Positions 35,857 through 46,580 of a stretch of DNA of 64,000 bases are shown piece after piece. The stretch comes from Eutreptiella sp. 'Long Island Sound 2002' (taxonomy: Eukaryota; Protista; Euglenida): positions 173,848,001 through 173,912,000 of the forward strand of contig OZ038378.1 in assembly GCA_964036045.1 (NCBI GenBank). Direction: 5' to 3'. Position 1 is the first letter of the stretch. Each line of letters begins with the position of its first letter. A program made the translations under genes and the position numbers. Below the pieces are notes generated by a model, which saw only the letters and a program-made list of their open reading frames with translations, was not told the DNA's origin and searched no databases.

Positions 35857-37505
35857 CAACCCTATGAAGTCTCCAATTTTCCGGAGACCCCCGGAGACCT
35901 CAATTTCCCCCCATTTTTCCACTCCGGAGACCGGAGACTGAATTTTTGTAAAGAAAAGTGCCGTTTTTCTGCCATTTTTCCGACCATTTTTCCACCGTTT
36001 TTCTCTGAACGTCCCGTTTTTCATCCATTTTTCCATCCATTTTTCCAGCCATTTTGATAATGTTGTCCTTTGGTTTTGCTTTTGGTTCTTTTGTACCATT
36101 CCACCTCTGCTTCAGATTTTTCACACAAATGGACCCTGAGGCTTTTTGGCCTCATGAGGGTGTGTTGTTCATGATGAAACAAGAGGTGGTCAAACGTGGC
36201 TGGCTGTCGGATGCTCAATCCTCGAAGAAGCTGAAGGGCGAATGGAAAAAGGCTTCTACTTTGGGGATGCATCTGTCAGCCAAGTATAGTGGGGCCCGTG
36301 AACTGAAGTTTGCAAATGTCGATCTGATTCTGCCCGTGGTGGTTGTGGGGAAACGTGAAGAAGCCGCCAGGACTATTTTGAATGAGAAAGAACGCCTACT
36401 ACCAACTCCCCAGGTATTGCAATGGGCGTACATTTTCGTTTTTCGGTGCAAAATAGCGGCTTCTCGTCCTACATGTTTTTGTGTTTGTGTCTATCTTCCT
36501 GTTTTTGTGTGCAGCATGCAGAACACTCACCGGAAAATGATGTGGGGCAGCCATCGGGAAATGCTTCACAAACGGCCCCGGTGGACGAGGAAACGCAAGA
36601 AGGCCCTGTTGATGAAGGGCCAAGTGAAACTGGCACCCCTGATGAAAAGGTGGTGCCCCCTGAAAGTTGTGCAATGCACCCGAGTGCTATTGTCTTTTTA
36701 ATAGCCACTTTTTTTTGTTGTCCTGCATAGGTGTTGGACACTGCCTTTGAGGTCCTGGCCGCTGCCCGGGACAAGCTATGGAAATATGTCGGCAAGCACA
36801 TGGAGCTTGCCAAGCAGGCCAGAATTTTGGACGCAACACAAATGGCCGCTCTGCCTGGTGAAATTGCAGCGTTCCCTCTCATCTTCTCTACCCAGGTTCA
36901 ACAGACATTGCTTGAAAATGGGGAATGGAAAGTGTATCGTGATTCCGTTACACCCTCCACCCCACAATTTGACGTGCTACAGTGGTGGGAAGGCATGGCT
37001 GTGCGCCTACCCACAATGTACCGCATTGCACGGTCCATCCTGGCCATTCCCCACACTTCTTGTGATGTAGAACGCTCGTTTTCAGTTTGGAAGCGTGTTC
37101 GTTCCGACAAGCAACAGAGTATGGCGGAGGGAACACACAAGGCCTATGTCTCCTTTTGTTTCAATGGTGTAGTTCCACCACCATGAGCAAGTACAAATTG
37201 TGAGTGGTACACGAGATGGCAAAACGATTCTTCGCTTTGAATGCACCGCCTACTGAATGCTTGTGTTGCAATCATGTGTGTCGTCAAAGAAGTAACAGTG
37301 GCGAGCAAGCGTGCTCTGGCATGCCATACCCCTGCATTTCCCCCCATTTCCCCCCCCGTTTTTCCCCGTTTTTCCCCGTTTTTCCCCGTTTTTCCCCGTT
37401 TTTCCCCATTTTTCCCCATTTTCCCCCATTTTCCCCATTTTTCCCATTTTTCCGGTGCCCCAAAAAAGACTTGGAGACTCCGGGGTGGGAGACTTCCAAG
37501 GCCTG
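35857..37505 (+). mobile_element. Internally deleted hAT DNA transposon with 18-bp imperfect TIRs and TTGTAT target duplication
   Basis: The left end CAACCCTATGAAGTCTCC matches the reverse complement of the right end CAGGCCTTGGAAGTCTCC at 14 of 18 positions. TTGTAT lies at 35851-35856 and 37506-37511. Subterminal CCATTTTT and GTTTTTCCCC repeats are at both ends. Confidence 0.8.
36129..37186 (+). CDS. Truncated hAT transposase; predicted exons 36129-36413, 36515-36649, 36731-37186 (291 aa)
   Basis: The last exon has the hAT dimerisation motif FDVLQWW...LPTMYRIARSILAIPHTSCDVERSFS. Two phase-0 GT-AG introns with pyrimidine tracts give one open frame. Confidence 0.7.
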
Positions 37506-39387
37506 TTGTATGATTTGGGTTGCACCGACCTGAGGCAGATCTGTGTGCAGCCCCCCAACCAGCCAACAAGACCGAGAACAACCAAACACACAGAACGCAG
37601 CATGCCGTTTGCACCCCTGTCCCTCGGATACGCATCCTCCCCATTGTCCACCGGGCGACTCTTGGCACCGATCTGCTGGCCGTGGATGTGGTCCCTCAGT
37701 GCCATGGGTCTTTTTGGTACGGGTTCTGGGATCCAGTCATCCCACCAGCGGCAGGTTCGAGGGGGTGCGGGTGCTTTAATCCGAGCAGAAAATCTGGCTG
37801 AAAAACCTACACAAAAAAGCAAAAATTATTTCTCAAAGACAAGGACAAAATCACACAAGGTATTCTTAAGCACCACACGCTGCGTTATCAACATACCAAT
37901 CTTCTGGGAGTACGGGCCCGTGTTGGTCATGTCGTTGTGTGCACCGCGGGCCCCGGTCGCCTCTGTCGGCGCTCTCAGGGAGCGGTGAGAAGCTGACCGG
38001 CTTGGGGTGGGTAGTGGTGGTCGCTGAGCCAAATGGGGGTTTGGAATTGAGGCGCACGACTGGACAGTCAGAGGGGCACTGAGAGTAGAGGCCCAAGCCG
38101 ATCCGCCATGACCCGGACGATGAACACATGCCTCGTTGTCGAAGAGCCAAGGAGGGCTCAGCTGTAGAGATTTGCTGCGTTCAGTTGGCCCTCACAGGGT
38201 GTGCGGTGATTAAGTTGATTCATGGCCATCAGTGCAGTCATTTGCTTCAGGTGGGGTCTACCTGGGCGGGGGGGGGATGAGGGCAAAAAAGAGTTTGTGT
38301 ACCTAAAATGGGCCTCTCACTTTTGGATCTCTATTCAAAATTTCATTTTTCCCCAGAGGAAAATGCCTTTGGGTTCCAGGGTGGGGTCCAAAGACAGGCC
38401 ATTTACCCCTTCTGTTAGAAGCCCCTGTCAGGAAAATTATCCTGCAGATGCACACCCCAGCGCGCACAAGTCAGTGCTGGAGTCGGCAAGCCCGGCATGG
38501 ACTCGGAGTGTGTATCTGGATGCACCTGGTCAATGGCACGGGCGACAGCCCATCTCCGGGACAGCTGACCCTGGAGTAGTCAAACAGGACACGTCATCCA
38601 GGGGCTCCGTTGACACAACCAAAACATGTTCGGGCCCACAGAGGGTCAGAATGAACAGCGGCGAGAGGCCAATAGGCACCGCCGAAGGCAAACGACCTAA
38701 TACCGGGGCCTTGTGCCAACCCCCCCACCCCCTTTGGTAAGCAAACGACTGCATCAATGCAAAACCCTCCGTCTGAGCCCTGCCGTGGTTTGGCCACCCC
38801 TCAAACTTTTCCCAGGAGCCGTGCCTCTCCTGCCGCCTTGCTGGGAACGGATGCAAACGTTCGTCCCTGTCCGCCGCCGCGCGAAGCTCACCGACACCAC
38901 GGCCCCAAGGCTCCTCTGGCAGCACTGCCACTTATGGGTCATCTTGCAAACAAAGGCATCAGGACGTGTGGAATGGAGACGACGAGGCTGTCTTGCTGCC
39001 GGTGTGACTGGGGCTCGATCCGACGGGTCGGCTGTGTTGTGCATTAAGGAGAGGGAGCCTAAAGCGGGTCTCAAGCGCACATGCAACAGCAGTAACTGGC
39101 GGTTCGAGTGAGGGTCAGATTCTGGCTGTTGTCACGCGGCTGCAGGGCCATTGCAAATGCCGTGGGTGTGAAATTGGCTGTCCCTTCCCAATGGAGGGGG
39201 TCACGGGAAGGAAACACCCAACAGATGACGGATCGGGGCCCTGGATAAGAAGTCCCTGAGACACATTGTCGGGAACCGCGTGATTCGTCTGCTCTTGTTC
39301 TGTGTTGTCTTCCGTGGGGCTTTGTGCATCCCGTGCGTCCTGTGCTCCCAAGCAGGATCCCTTGTGCCGCTCACAGTCACTCAAGTA

Positions 39388-39783
39388 CCCCCCCCCCCCC
39401 CTTGTCCTAACACGGGCTTGTCCAAACACGGCGACCCGTGTTTCTGCAGTTTTGGGATTTTGTTGGAACCATCGTTTTTGCGGTTCCAATCCAATGGAGA
39501 CTGTAGTTTGTGGCCTTGGGCAGGCTGCAGGAAGGGTCCATATGGGTGTCGAAGTGTTGGCGTAGCTGTGACTCCATGTGCTCTTGTGTTCTGGGGTGTA
39601 TACCGGCGTGTTGGACACCGTTTTGTAGTCACGAAGGGAGAGGGTTGGCTTGTTCCTGCAACATGTGTTCCGTGGTACGGCCGCGCGGGAACACGGGCCC
39701 GTCCAAACACGGCGACCCCGTGTTTCCGCCTTTTTGCCCCCCTGAACCAGAACCTGGTCCGCGTGTGGACAGGGGGAGGGGGG
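39388..39783. mobile_element. MITE-like element with CCCCC(T)TGTCC / GGACAGGGGG ends
   Basis: Starts after TA. Internal duplication of TCCAAACACGGCGACCCGTGTTTC near both ends (39421, 39701). Confidence 0.45.
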
Positions 39784-42477
39784 CATTTGAGTGCTACCCG
39801 GGAAAGGAGTGGCATCCAGAAGACTGCAGGCGTTGAGTATGAGGGAGTCTCAACAACGAAAGCTGTGCTGTCTGTCATGGGGTGTGGGCCTGCCGTGTGG
39901 CAGCAGATGGATGCCCTGTGCTTTGGCATATCCGTCGAACTTGAAGCCGGCTGAGCAGTGAGCAAATTCCTTTATCCCCCCCCCCCCCCCAAGGGGTCTG
40001 ATCACGTTTCTTCAGGGGAAAGATCAATGCTGGGCCGCCTTTGGCACACGAACCCTCAGACCCCAGATCCCTGTGTCCTCCGTTTCAAATCAAAGCTCGG
40101 CCCGGGGGGTATTGCGGATGGGCGGACCTGAGCAAGCGGTTGTACGATCGGTTGCACAGGGGCCTGGGGCAGAGACGCCAGGCGGTCGCATGGGCCTTCC
40201 CTGCGCTTCCTTCAGGTCTTCTTCAGGGAGCGGGGGGTCTCTGTCCAGAGCAAGTTACTCGTTGTGTACAAGTTGTATGACATCCGGCGGCACCTGATGC
40301 TGCGCTCCTGTCGCGCCCCGGAGAAGCAAGGGGCAGTGAGGGGCGAGGACAACGTGTCCATGTCCGCGGTCCCCGGCAGGTCCATGTGGGGCGCAGTATG
40401 GAGCCGGTTCTTCTGTGTGCCGAAGGAGAGCAGGGCCTATTGGCTGCAGGTGTGGCGTATCCGAGGGCGAGTTCCATATGACCTTTGGATTGGGCAGCGG
40501 CGGGTTCTTCATCACGAGGCCTACCAGCGGTTGTCATTGCTGCGGACCCGCGCCATTCTACGCGCGGGGGTGGGGGGGGGGCTGGCACAAGGCCTCGGCA
40601 GGGGGGCGTTGGGACAAAGCCCAGCTATTTGGCTGCTCTCCTGGCAGCTGGCAGCGTCGATCGACCTCTCGCCATTCACGAAGATCTCGACCAGGCCTTC
40701 CTTTGCCAAGGCCTACCTGGGTCACGAAGATCCACCAAAGCCACCGTGTTGGCCCACCGTTTCCGTTTCTCCATCGGTGGCGGGTCGTGGCACCAACACA
40801 TTACGGATCCAGACGGCAATAATCTTCAGCGCGGAGGGCAAAACGGCGGTGCGGTCTTGACTTCCCCGTCAAGTCACCGTCAAGGGACAGCTCCCTGTCC
40901 CGCCAGCACTTGCTCGGTTGCTGGCTGAAGCCATCCTCTGGCTATGCCAGTGATGAGCCGCCTTGGGGCACTCGCGCTCGACCAGGCCTTCCTTCGCCCA
41001 GGCCTACCTGGGAGCTACGCCTCTGGGAACGTGCTGCCAAAAGTCCCTGTGCTGCGGAACCTACATCATGCGTAGCATCGGGGGGGGGGGGGGGGCAAAG
41101 CCCAGCAAATTGGCTGCTCTCCTGGCAGCTGGCGACGTCCATTGACCTCTCGCCTATCACGAAGATCTCAACCAGGTGGTGGGGGGGGTTCAGAGTGCTG
41201 GGGTCGGTTGTGTTGGGATTACTGGTCCGCACGGTGTCATCCCAACGGTGTATGAAGGCGCCTGCTGGTGGCTGAGGGCGGCCAGGGCTGTTGGCAGTGC
41301 TCCAAAAGGCATTTTCAAGTCCCTTTTGGGGGGGGGTTTAGCCCTTGGCTCCACAACTTACAGTTCCAACACATGGGAATCAGAGGTCGGGCATCTCACT
41401 CTGAGTCCACTGTTTGCATGGCTCTGCCATCTGTTTTCGTTGTGTTGCTGCTTAAGTTTTGAGCTCTTTTTTACACTATTTCTATTTCCTTCCAATAGAA
41501 CGCCCCCAACGACACGGGGGTTGTAGAACAGGGGGCTAGGGGCCAACACGTGATGCACTACACAAACAAAACCCACCTGTTTGTTGTACACGTCGCTGTT
41601 CGAGCAGCGAAGATCCATGGCGCTGCAATGCCGAGGGGACTACACTGCACGAGCTGGTCGTGGGACAAGGGGGGGCCTAACGCCCTGTCATACTCCACAC
41701 CCCATACAGATATCATGGTATTTGACAGCTCAAAACCAACGGTACAAGCGCCCATGTCCTTACGAAGACCTGACACTGATTGTGAACCCGATTGCGAAGG
41801 ACTGACAAGGATGGCAGACAGCTCTGATGGTGGATCAAGGGCTGGGAATATGTCGCAGACCTTCCTGTCACTATTCACCCTGCAATTCTGCAACAGAGAC
41901 ACGCAGACTCAGACATAGGCCCAGATGGAGGTGGCTATCTGGTAAACAGGTTTAGTGTAATACTTTTTCCCTCGGTGCTGCAATTTTTATACCTTTTTTG
42001 CAAAACACTTGAGCAACGAAAATTTTTTGCTCCTTTTTTAAACTGAGCTGGTAAACTCAGCCGATTCACTGAGTGAAGACGGATGCTTTACTCATTTTTA
42101 CCGATGAGGGGGGGGGCCTTAGTTCCCAAAGGCAATCCTCCCCAAGCCTTTGGCCATAGTTTGTTGCCCAATGCCGCGGGGCTTGATTTAGTGTGATGCC
42201 AAAGGTTTCAGAAGGAAATTTTTGTCCACGGTGAGCGGCTTCCAGATGAAGCCCCATGCAGCCCGATTTATGCCCCAAAGTGGTGGGCGTTGTGCAGCCA
42301 TTTTCCACGGTGGAGACCCCAATGCAGCAGGGCTCATCTCGCCACTGTTCAACTCCCTGTTTTGGGGACCCCTGATGCGGCAAGATTTACCAATTGCCCT
42401 GATGCGGCCAGGGCCCTGTACCCCACGCTTGGATCCCAACATGGAAGGGGTCCAGTAATCACTTGTCATCCCCGCAC

Positions 42478-42800
42478 TCTAGAGTGGGAAGGTGACATGG
42501 CTGCGCACCGCCTATTGCACTGCGTCCCTGGAGTGGCACGGTGAGATGGCTACACAACCCGGGGTGTACCGGGGTCCCCGGAGCAGGGGGTGACAAGGTG
42601 GCAAGTTGCTACACAGCCCTTCAGTATCCAGGCCCCGAGACTGGGGGGATGACATGTCTGCACGACCGCTGCCATGTCTAGAGGCTCCTGGAGCGGGGTG
42701 GTGACATGGCCATATAGGCCCTGCCATATTACGGCATTGACTAGATAACACCGACCGCATGAGGACCCCTAGAGCAGGGAGGTGACACACGGCTGCATAG
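42478..42800 (+). repeat. Degenerate roughly 50-bp tandem array (core GAG..GGG.GGTGACATGGCT)
   Basis: Six cores at about 42478, 42527, 42577, 42634, 42687 and 42769. Confidence 0.6.
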
Positions 42801-42957
42801 GGGTCTAGCAGGATGTACAGGTGTAGGGGGCGGGTGGGGAGATGTAGGGGGTTGCAGGGAGGTGTAGGGAGGTGCAGCCGCCCCATCCCCCCCCACGCCA
42901 GCCCCCGTGTGCCAATAATGCCCGGCCCCAACTGATTTGAAAATAACGACAACAACA

Positions 42958-44385
42958 ATGCCCCAGACCGGTCTTGGGTCGCCGCATCGCGACCGTGCCC
43001 GCGCTCTGCAGGTCGCAAATACCCGCCCTTCCGACGCACTCGCCAGCGCCGACCGTCACCTCGCCCGCCTGCACGAGAACCCCTGGCTGGAGGAGGTGGA
43101 CTTCTCCCAGGCGTCCCTTTGTACGGACACCCTCCGCGTCGACGGCATGCAGTCCGACGCGCAGAACCAGCGGACCTCAGAGATCGTCCTGGCGATGCTG
43201 GGCCTCGCCTCCACCGCCGCATCCGATTCCGATGCGGTCGCCGACCCCCCACACGAGCCCGAGACCCCCACGGCACAGATCGTCCGGCCGGCGGTGTGCC
43301 AACGGTCGCCCGCGCGGCAGCCCCGCACTCCGAGCGGCAGCCCCGACGGCAGCGTGAGCGGCAGCCCCACGCAAAGCCCCGGCAAAGGGAGCCCCACCCG
43401 GGGGGCGCACGGGCCCAGGCCCATCCCCCTGCGCGGCAGCACCTTCATATCGCCGCAGGAGCTGCGGCAGCAGCTGCAGGCCAAGCTCCCCGTTCTCGCC
43501 GCCGCGCCGGGGGGGCCCCAGCCGGGGCCCTGCACCCCGACCCCGGCGGACCCGGCCCCCCCACGCCCCGTCGACGCGCCGTGCTGCCCGGCGCTAAGGC
43601 GCTCCAGTACGGCCCGCTCCGCGTCCCTGTCCCCCCGTCCGGACCCCGCCAGCCCCACCGTCTGGCCCATCAAGCCCCTCGGGGCCCCCTCCCCCAGCAG
43701 CAGCATCGGCAGCAGCCCGCGCCTCGGGTCCCTCAGAGGGCGCCCTGGGGCCGCGGGCCCTGCCGGGCCCGGCGACGCCGGGGTCGCGGCCCTCCCCCGG
43801 CGGCCCAGCATCGGCGACCGGCGGCCCTCCATCAGCGACCCCCTCCCCCCGTCCCGCGAACGCCCTCGTGCCAGAGGCGACTCTCTTTCGCCCCTCAAGC
43901 CGCCGCCCACCGGCGGTGTTGCAGAGGCCCTGTCCCCCCCGCGCGCCCACGTCAACCCCCGCCGCCACAGCGATTGCTCGCCGGCGGGGCGGCCGCGGCG
44001 GCGGCACAGCGGCGTGGACCCGCTGTCGTCGCTGCGGCGGCAGAGCGCCACCGCGCCCCCCAATCCGGTTCTGCCGGAGGACCCGCTCCGCACCGACCCC
44101 CTGTTCGCTCCCGCGCGCGACAACCGCTGCGGCAGCCCATTGCTGTCCTTCAAGCGGCCGCGCGCGCACGGCTCGCCCCCGGCCACACGGGGGCTGGGGG
44201 ACGGCAGCGGCGCCGCGTGCCCAGCCAAACGCGTCGGCGCGGGGGGCCCAGGGGACGACGGGGCCCCGGCCCCCGCGTACGGGTCTCCGTCTGCGCGATG
44301 GAACTCCATTGCGGAGGGTGCGCCGGAGTCGGGGTTCCGCCGCAGCCTCCACAGTCCCTTGGTCAGCCAGTCATGGCACCTCTGA
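42958..44385 (+). CDS. Pro/Ser/Arg-rich, largely disordered protein of unknown function
   Basis: Long GC-rich ORF with ATG in an A-rich context (ACAACAATG). The N-terminal 100 aa is globular-looking (LARLHENPWLEEVDFS...EIVLAMLGL), followed by many SP and RRxS motifs. Confidence 0.6.
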   Translation: MPQTGLGSPHRDRARALQVANTRPSDALASADRHLARLHENPWLEEVDFSQASLCTDTLRVDGMQSDAQNQRTSEIVLAMLGLASTAASDSDAVADPPHEPETPTAQIVRPAVCQRSPARQPRTPSGSPDGSVSGSPTQSPGKGSPTRGAHGPRPIPLRGSTFISPQELRQQLQAKLPVLAAAPGGPQPGPCTPTPADPAPPRPVDAPCCPALRRSSTARSASLSPRPDPASPTVWPIKPLGAPSPSSSIGSSPRLGSLRGRPGAAGPAGPGDAGVAALPRRPSIGDRRPSISDPLPPSRERPRARGDSLSPLKPPPTGGVAEALSPPRAHVNPRRHSDCSPAGRPRRRHSGVDPLSSLRRQSATAPPNPVLPEDPLRTDPLFAPARDNRCGSPLLSFKRPRAHGSPPATRGLGDGSGAACPAKRVGAGGPGDDGAPAPAYGSPSARWNSIAEGAPESGFRRSLHSPLVSQSWHL

Positions 44386-45960
44386 TCTGCCCCTTCGGGG
44401 GGAAGGATCGGCACACACCCAATGAACAGCCGATGTGCTGGGGTCATCCTCCCGCCGCACGCCGCAGTTTGCAGATGCCATTTCAATGCGGTCGATGGCG
44501 GTTGGCGGTTGGCCGTTCACTGGCGGTTTGCGACCCTCCGACGACCGCCGGGCGCTGACCGCTGGCGGACAGGGACGTCCCTCGTGCAGCACATCAGTCG
44601 GTTCCTTCGGGAGCGACCACGTGCGGCGGCGTGGGGCCGAGACGAGCCCAATGCCAAACGCAGTTGCACTATCACTTGGAGGGCGACAGGCCTGCGCACA
44701 GTCAATCGCCTTCCTCCGCAGGGCTCATGTGCTTTTGCGCCCTCTGGCTCCACGGCCTTGCCTTTCTCTGGAGAGGATCGGGGGAACATGATTTGAAAGT
44801 GCCACTGCCCCCCCCCCCCCCCCCTCCCCCCGGGAGGGGCCTGGGACCCACGTGAACGGTCTCCAAAAGCCCAAACCGGTGCGTACACCGGGTGTACCAA
44901 CCGGCACACACTCACTGCGCTGTTGTGGCACCCCCCCTCCCCCGCGGGACGATGCCGTGTCTCAGTCACACACACCCGCATCGGACACGGTGCACGTGCC
45001 GGCCTTCCCAAGGCCGTGGTCATGTCTTATTGGCAAGTCACGAGACGCCGACTGCGAGGCCCGACCGAGAACGCACCCTCACGAGTAGCGGCGACCCTTC
45101 ATGGCCCACATGCGCCATCCCCCCCCCCCCCCCCGTCTCGAGGGATGGACCGCTCGGGGTGTGTGCCCTCTGGGCCCCCTTGTCTGCGTAGGCGCTGCGG
45201 GCCGTGTCTCGGGGCACTGCCACTGCGGGCGACCACTGGGGTAGACCAGCGCTGGGCCACACTTAGTCCGCAGGGTTGCCGGGCTTGGCGCCGGAAGGAC
45301 AGTTCTGTCGATGACACCCCCCGCCCCCGCCCCGACGTATCTCACCTCAAAATGATCAGCGCGGCGCGGCGATCGGTTTGAGGGACATTTGTTGGGATCC
45401 CTCCCCCTCCGAGGGGCCTTCAGCCCACCTCTGCCTTTGTGGGGGGGGGGGTCGCGTCTCAGCCCGAGAGATCCCCCCGCCCCCCCTTTGTCCGCCCTTT
45501 TCGCCAAAGGCCTTCCCTTTCTCACGATCGGGAGGATATTTATTTATAAGTGTCACTGTGTGCGCCCCCTGAAGGGCGCTGTGTCCCAGTCCTCTTCCAG
45601 CGGCGTTTGGCCCGAAGGTTCAGACCGAGCTATCGACATGCGTTTCTGGGTCAACCCCCGTTCCACCCGATGTTTAGGGCTGAAACTGTCCTTTTGGTGC
45701 AGTCGTTCAGTCCAGCTTGGCTCAATATGCAGCCCCCCCCCCAAAAAAAAACAAAGAGGTCCGAGGCTTTACTTGTGGCCGTTAGCCGTTGAGGACTTGA
45801 CTTACAATTTCGAATCGGAGGCAGTGTGACTGAGGATTGTGGGTTGTACAAGCCCAGGCTTGTCGACGCCAATGATCTCTGCAGTACTGTCGCTCGGGAA
45901 CCGGGGGTTCTGGGCATCCCAAGTGGATCCTGAGAGGCTCCATTGCCCTTGTGGCTTGCC

Positions 45961-46020
45961 CAAGCCCCTTCCTCTCCCCCCAAGCCCCTTCCTCTCCCCC
46001 CAAGCCCCTTCCTCTCCCCC
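45961..46020 (+). repeat. Perfect 20-bp unit repeated three times (CAAGCCCCTTCCTCTCCCCC)
   Basis: Directly visible. Confidence 0.95.
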
Positions 46021-46494
46021 GCTCGGTGGCCCCGTCCACCTTCCATCCCCCAGCCTCACGGGACATGGCCCAGGGTTGTGATGAAATGTGACCTGATGAT
46101 GACCGGACGGACCCTGACATTTCGTCCACTTGTTGACTTACGGGGCCCTGACCAGTCACCCGTTTCCCGTTTGGAGTTTTGCAGTCGGTTCCTCTCGTCA
46201 TCATGTTTTTGCGCTTGTCGTCACATTTGTCATGGCCCCCGGAAGTCCTCGTGACCGCGTTTGGATCCGCCCCCGTGCGGCTTCACTCCCTCGCTATCCT
46301 GAGCCCGGACATAGTCACCGGCCCCAGCTACTGGCCAGGCAGCCGCGGGCCAGTAGCTGGACTGGCAAACGCGGGAGTGAAAGTCTGCTTTGCTGGTGTC
46401 AGAGAAGGTCAGACGGCCATGCAACGCGGTCTGCGAGCTACGACCCCTCAATAGCCCCTGCCCTAAGATGGCCCTAGGATGGCCCTGGGATGGT

Positions 46495-46580
46495 GGAGGA
46501 GGAGGAGGAGGAGGAGGAGGAGGAGGAGGAGGAGGGGGAGGAGGGGGAGGAGGGGGAGGAGGAGGAGGACGAGGAGGAGG
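46495..46580 (+). repeat. (GGA)n microsatellite
   Basis: Directly visible, with GGGGA interruptions. Confidence 0.95.

Noticed and set aside
40100-40560. Possible LINE RT motifs (ADLSKRLYD, GARTTCPCP)
   Set aside because: The motifs are weak, in different frames, and no YxDD was found.
42478-42800. CRISPR-like repeat-spacer reading of the 50-bp array
   Set aside because: The repeats are too divergent, the spacing is irregular, the context is eukaryotic and no cas genes are present.
43056-44558. Alternative 476-479 aa ORFs over the GC-rich gene
   Set aside because: Expected in very GC-rich sequence. No motifs, and poorer start context than 42958.
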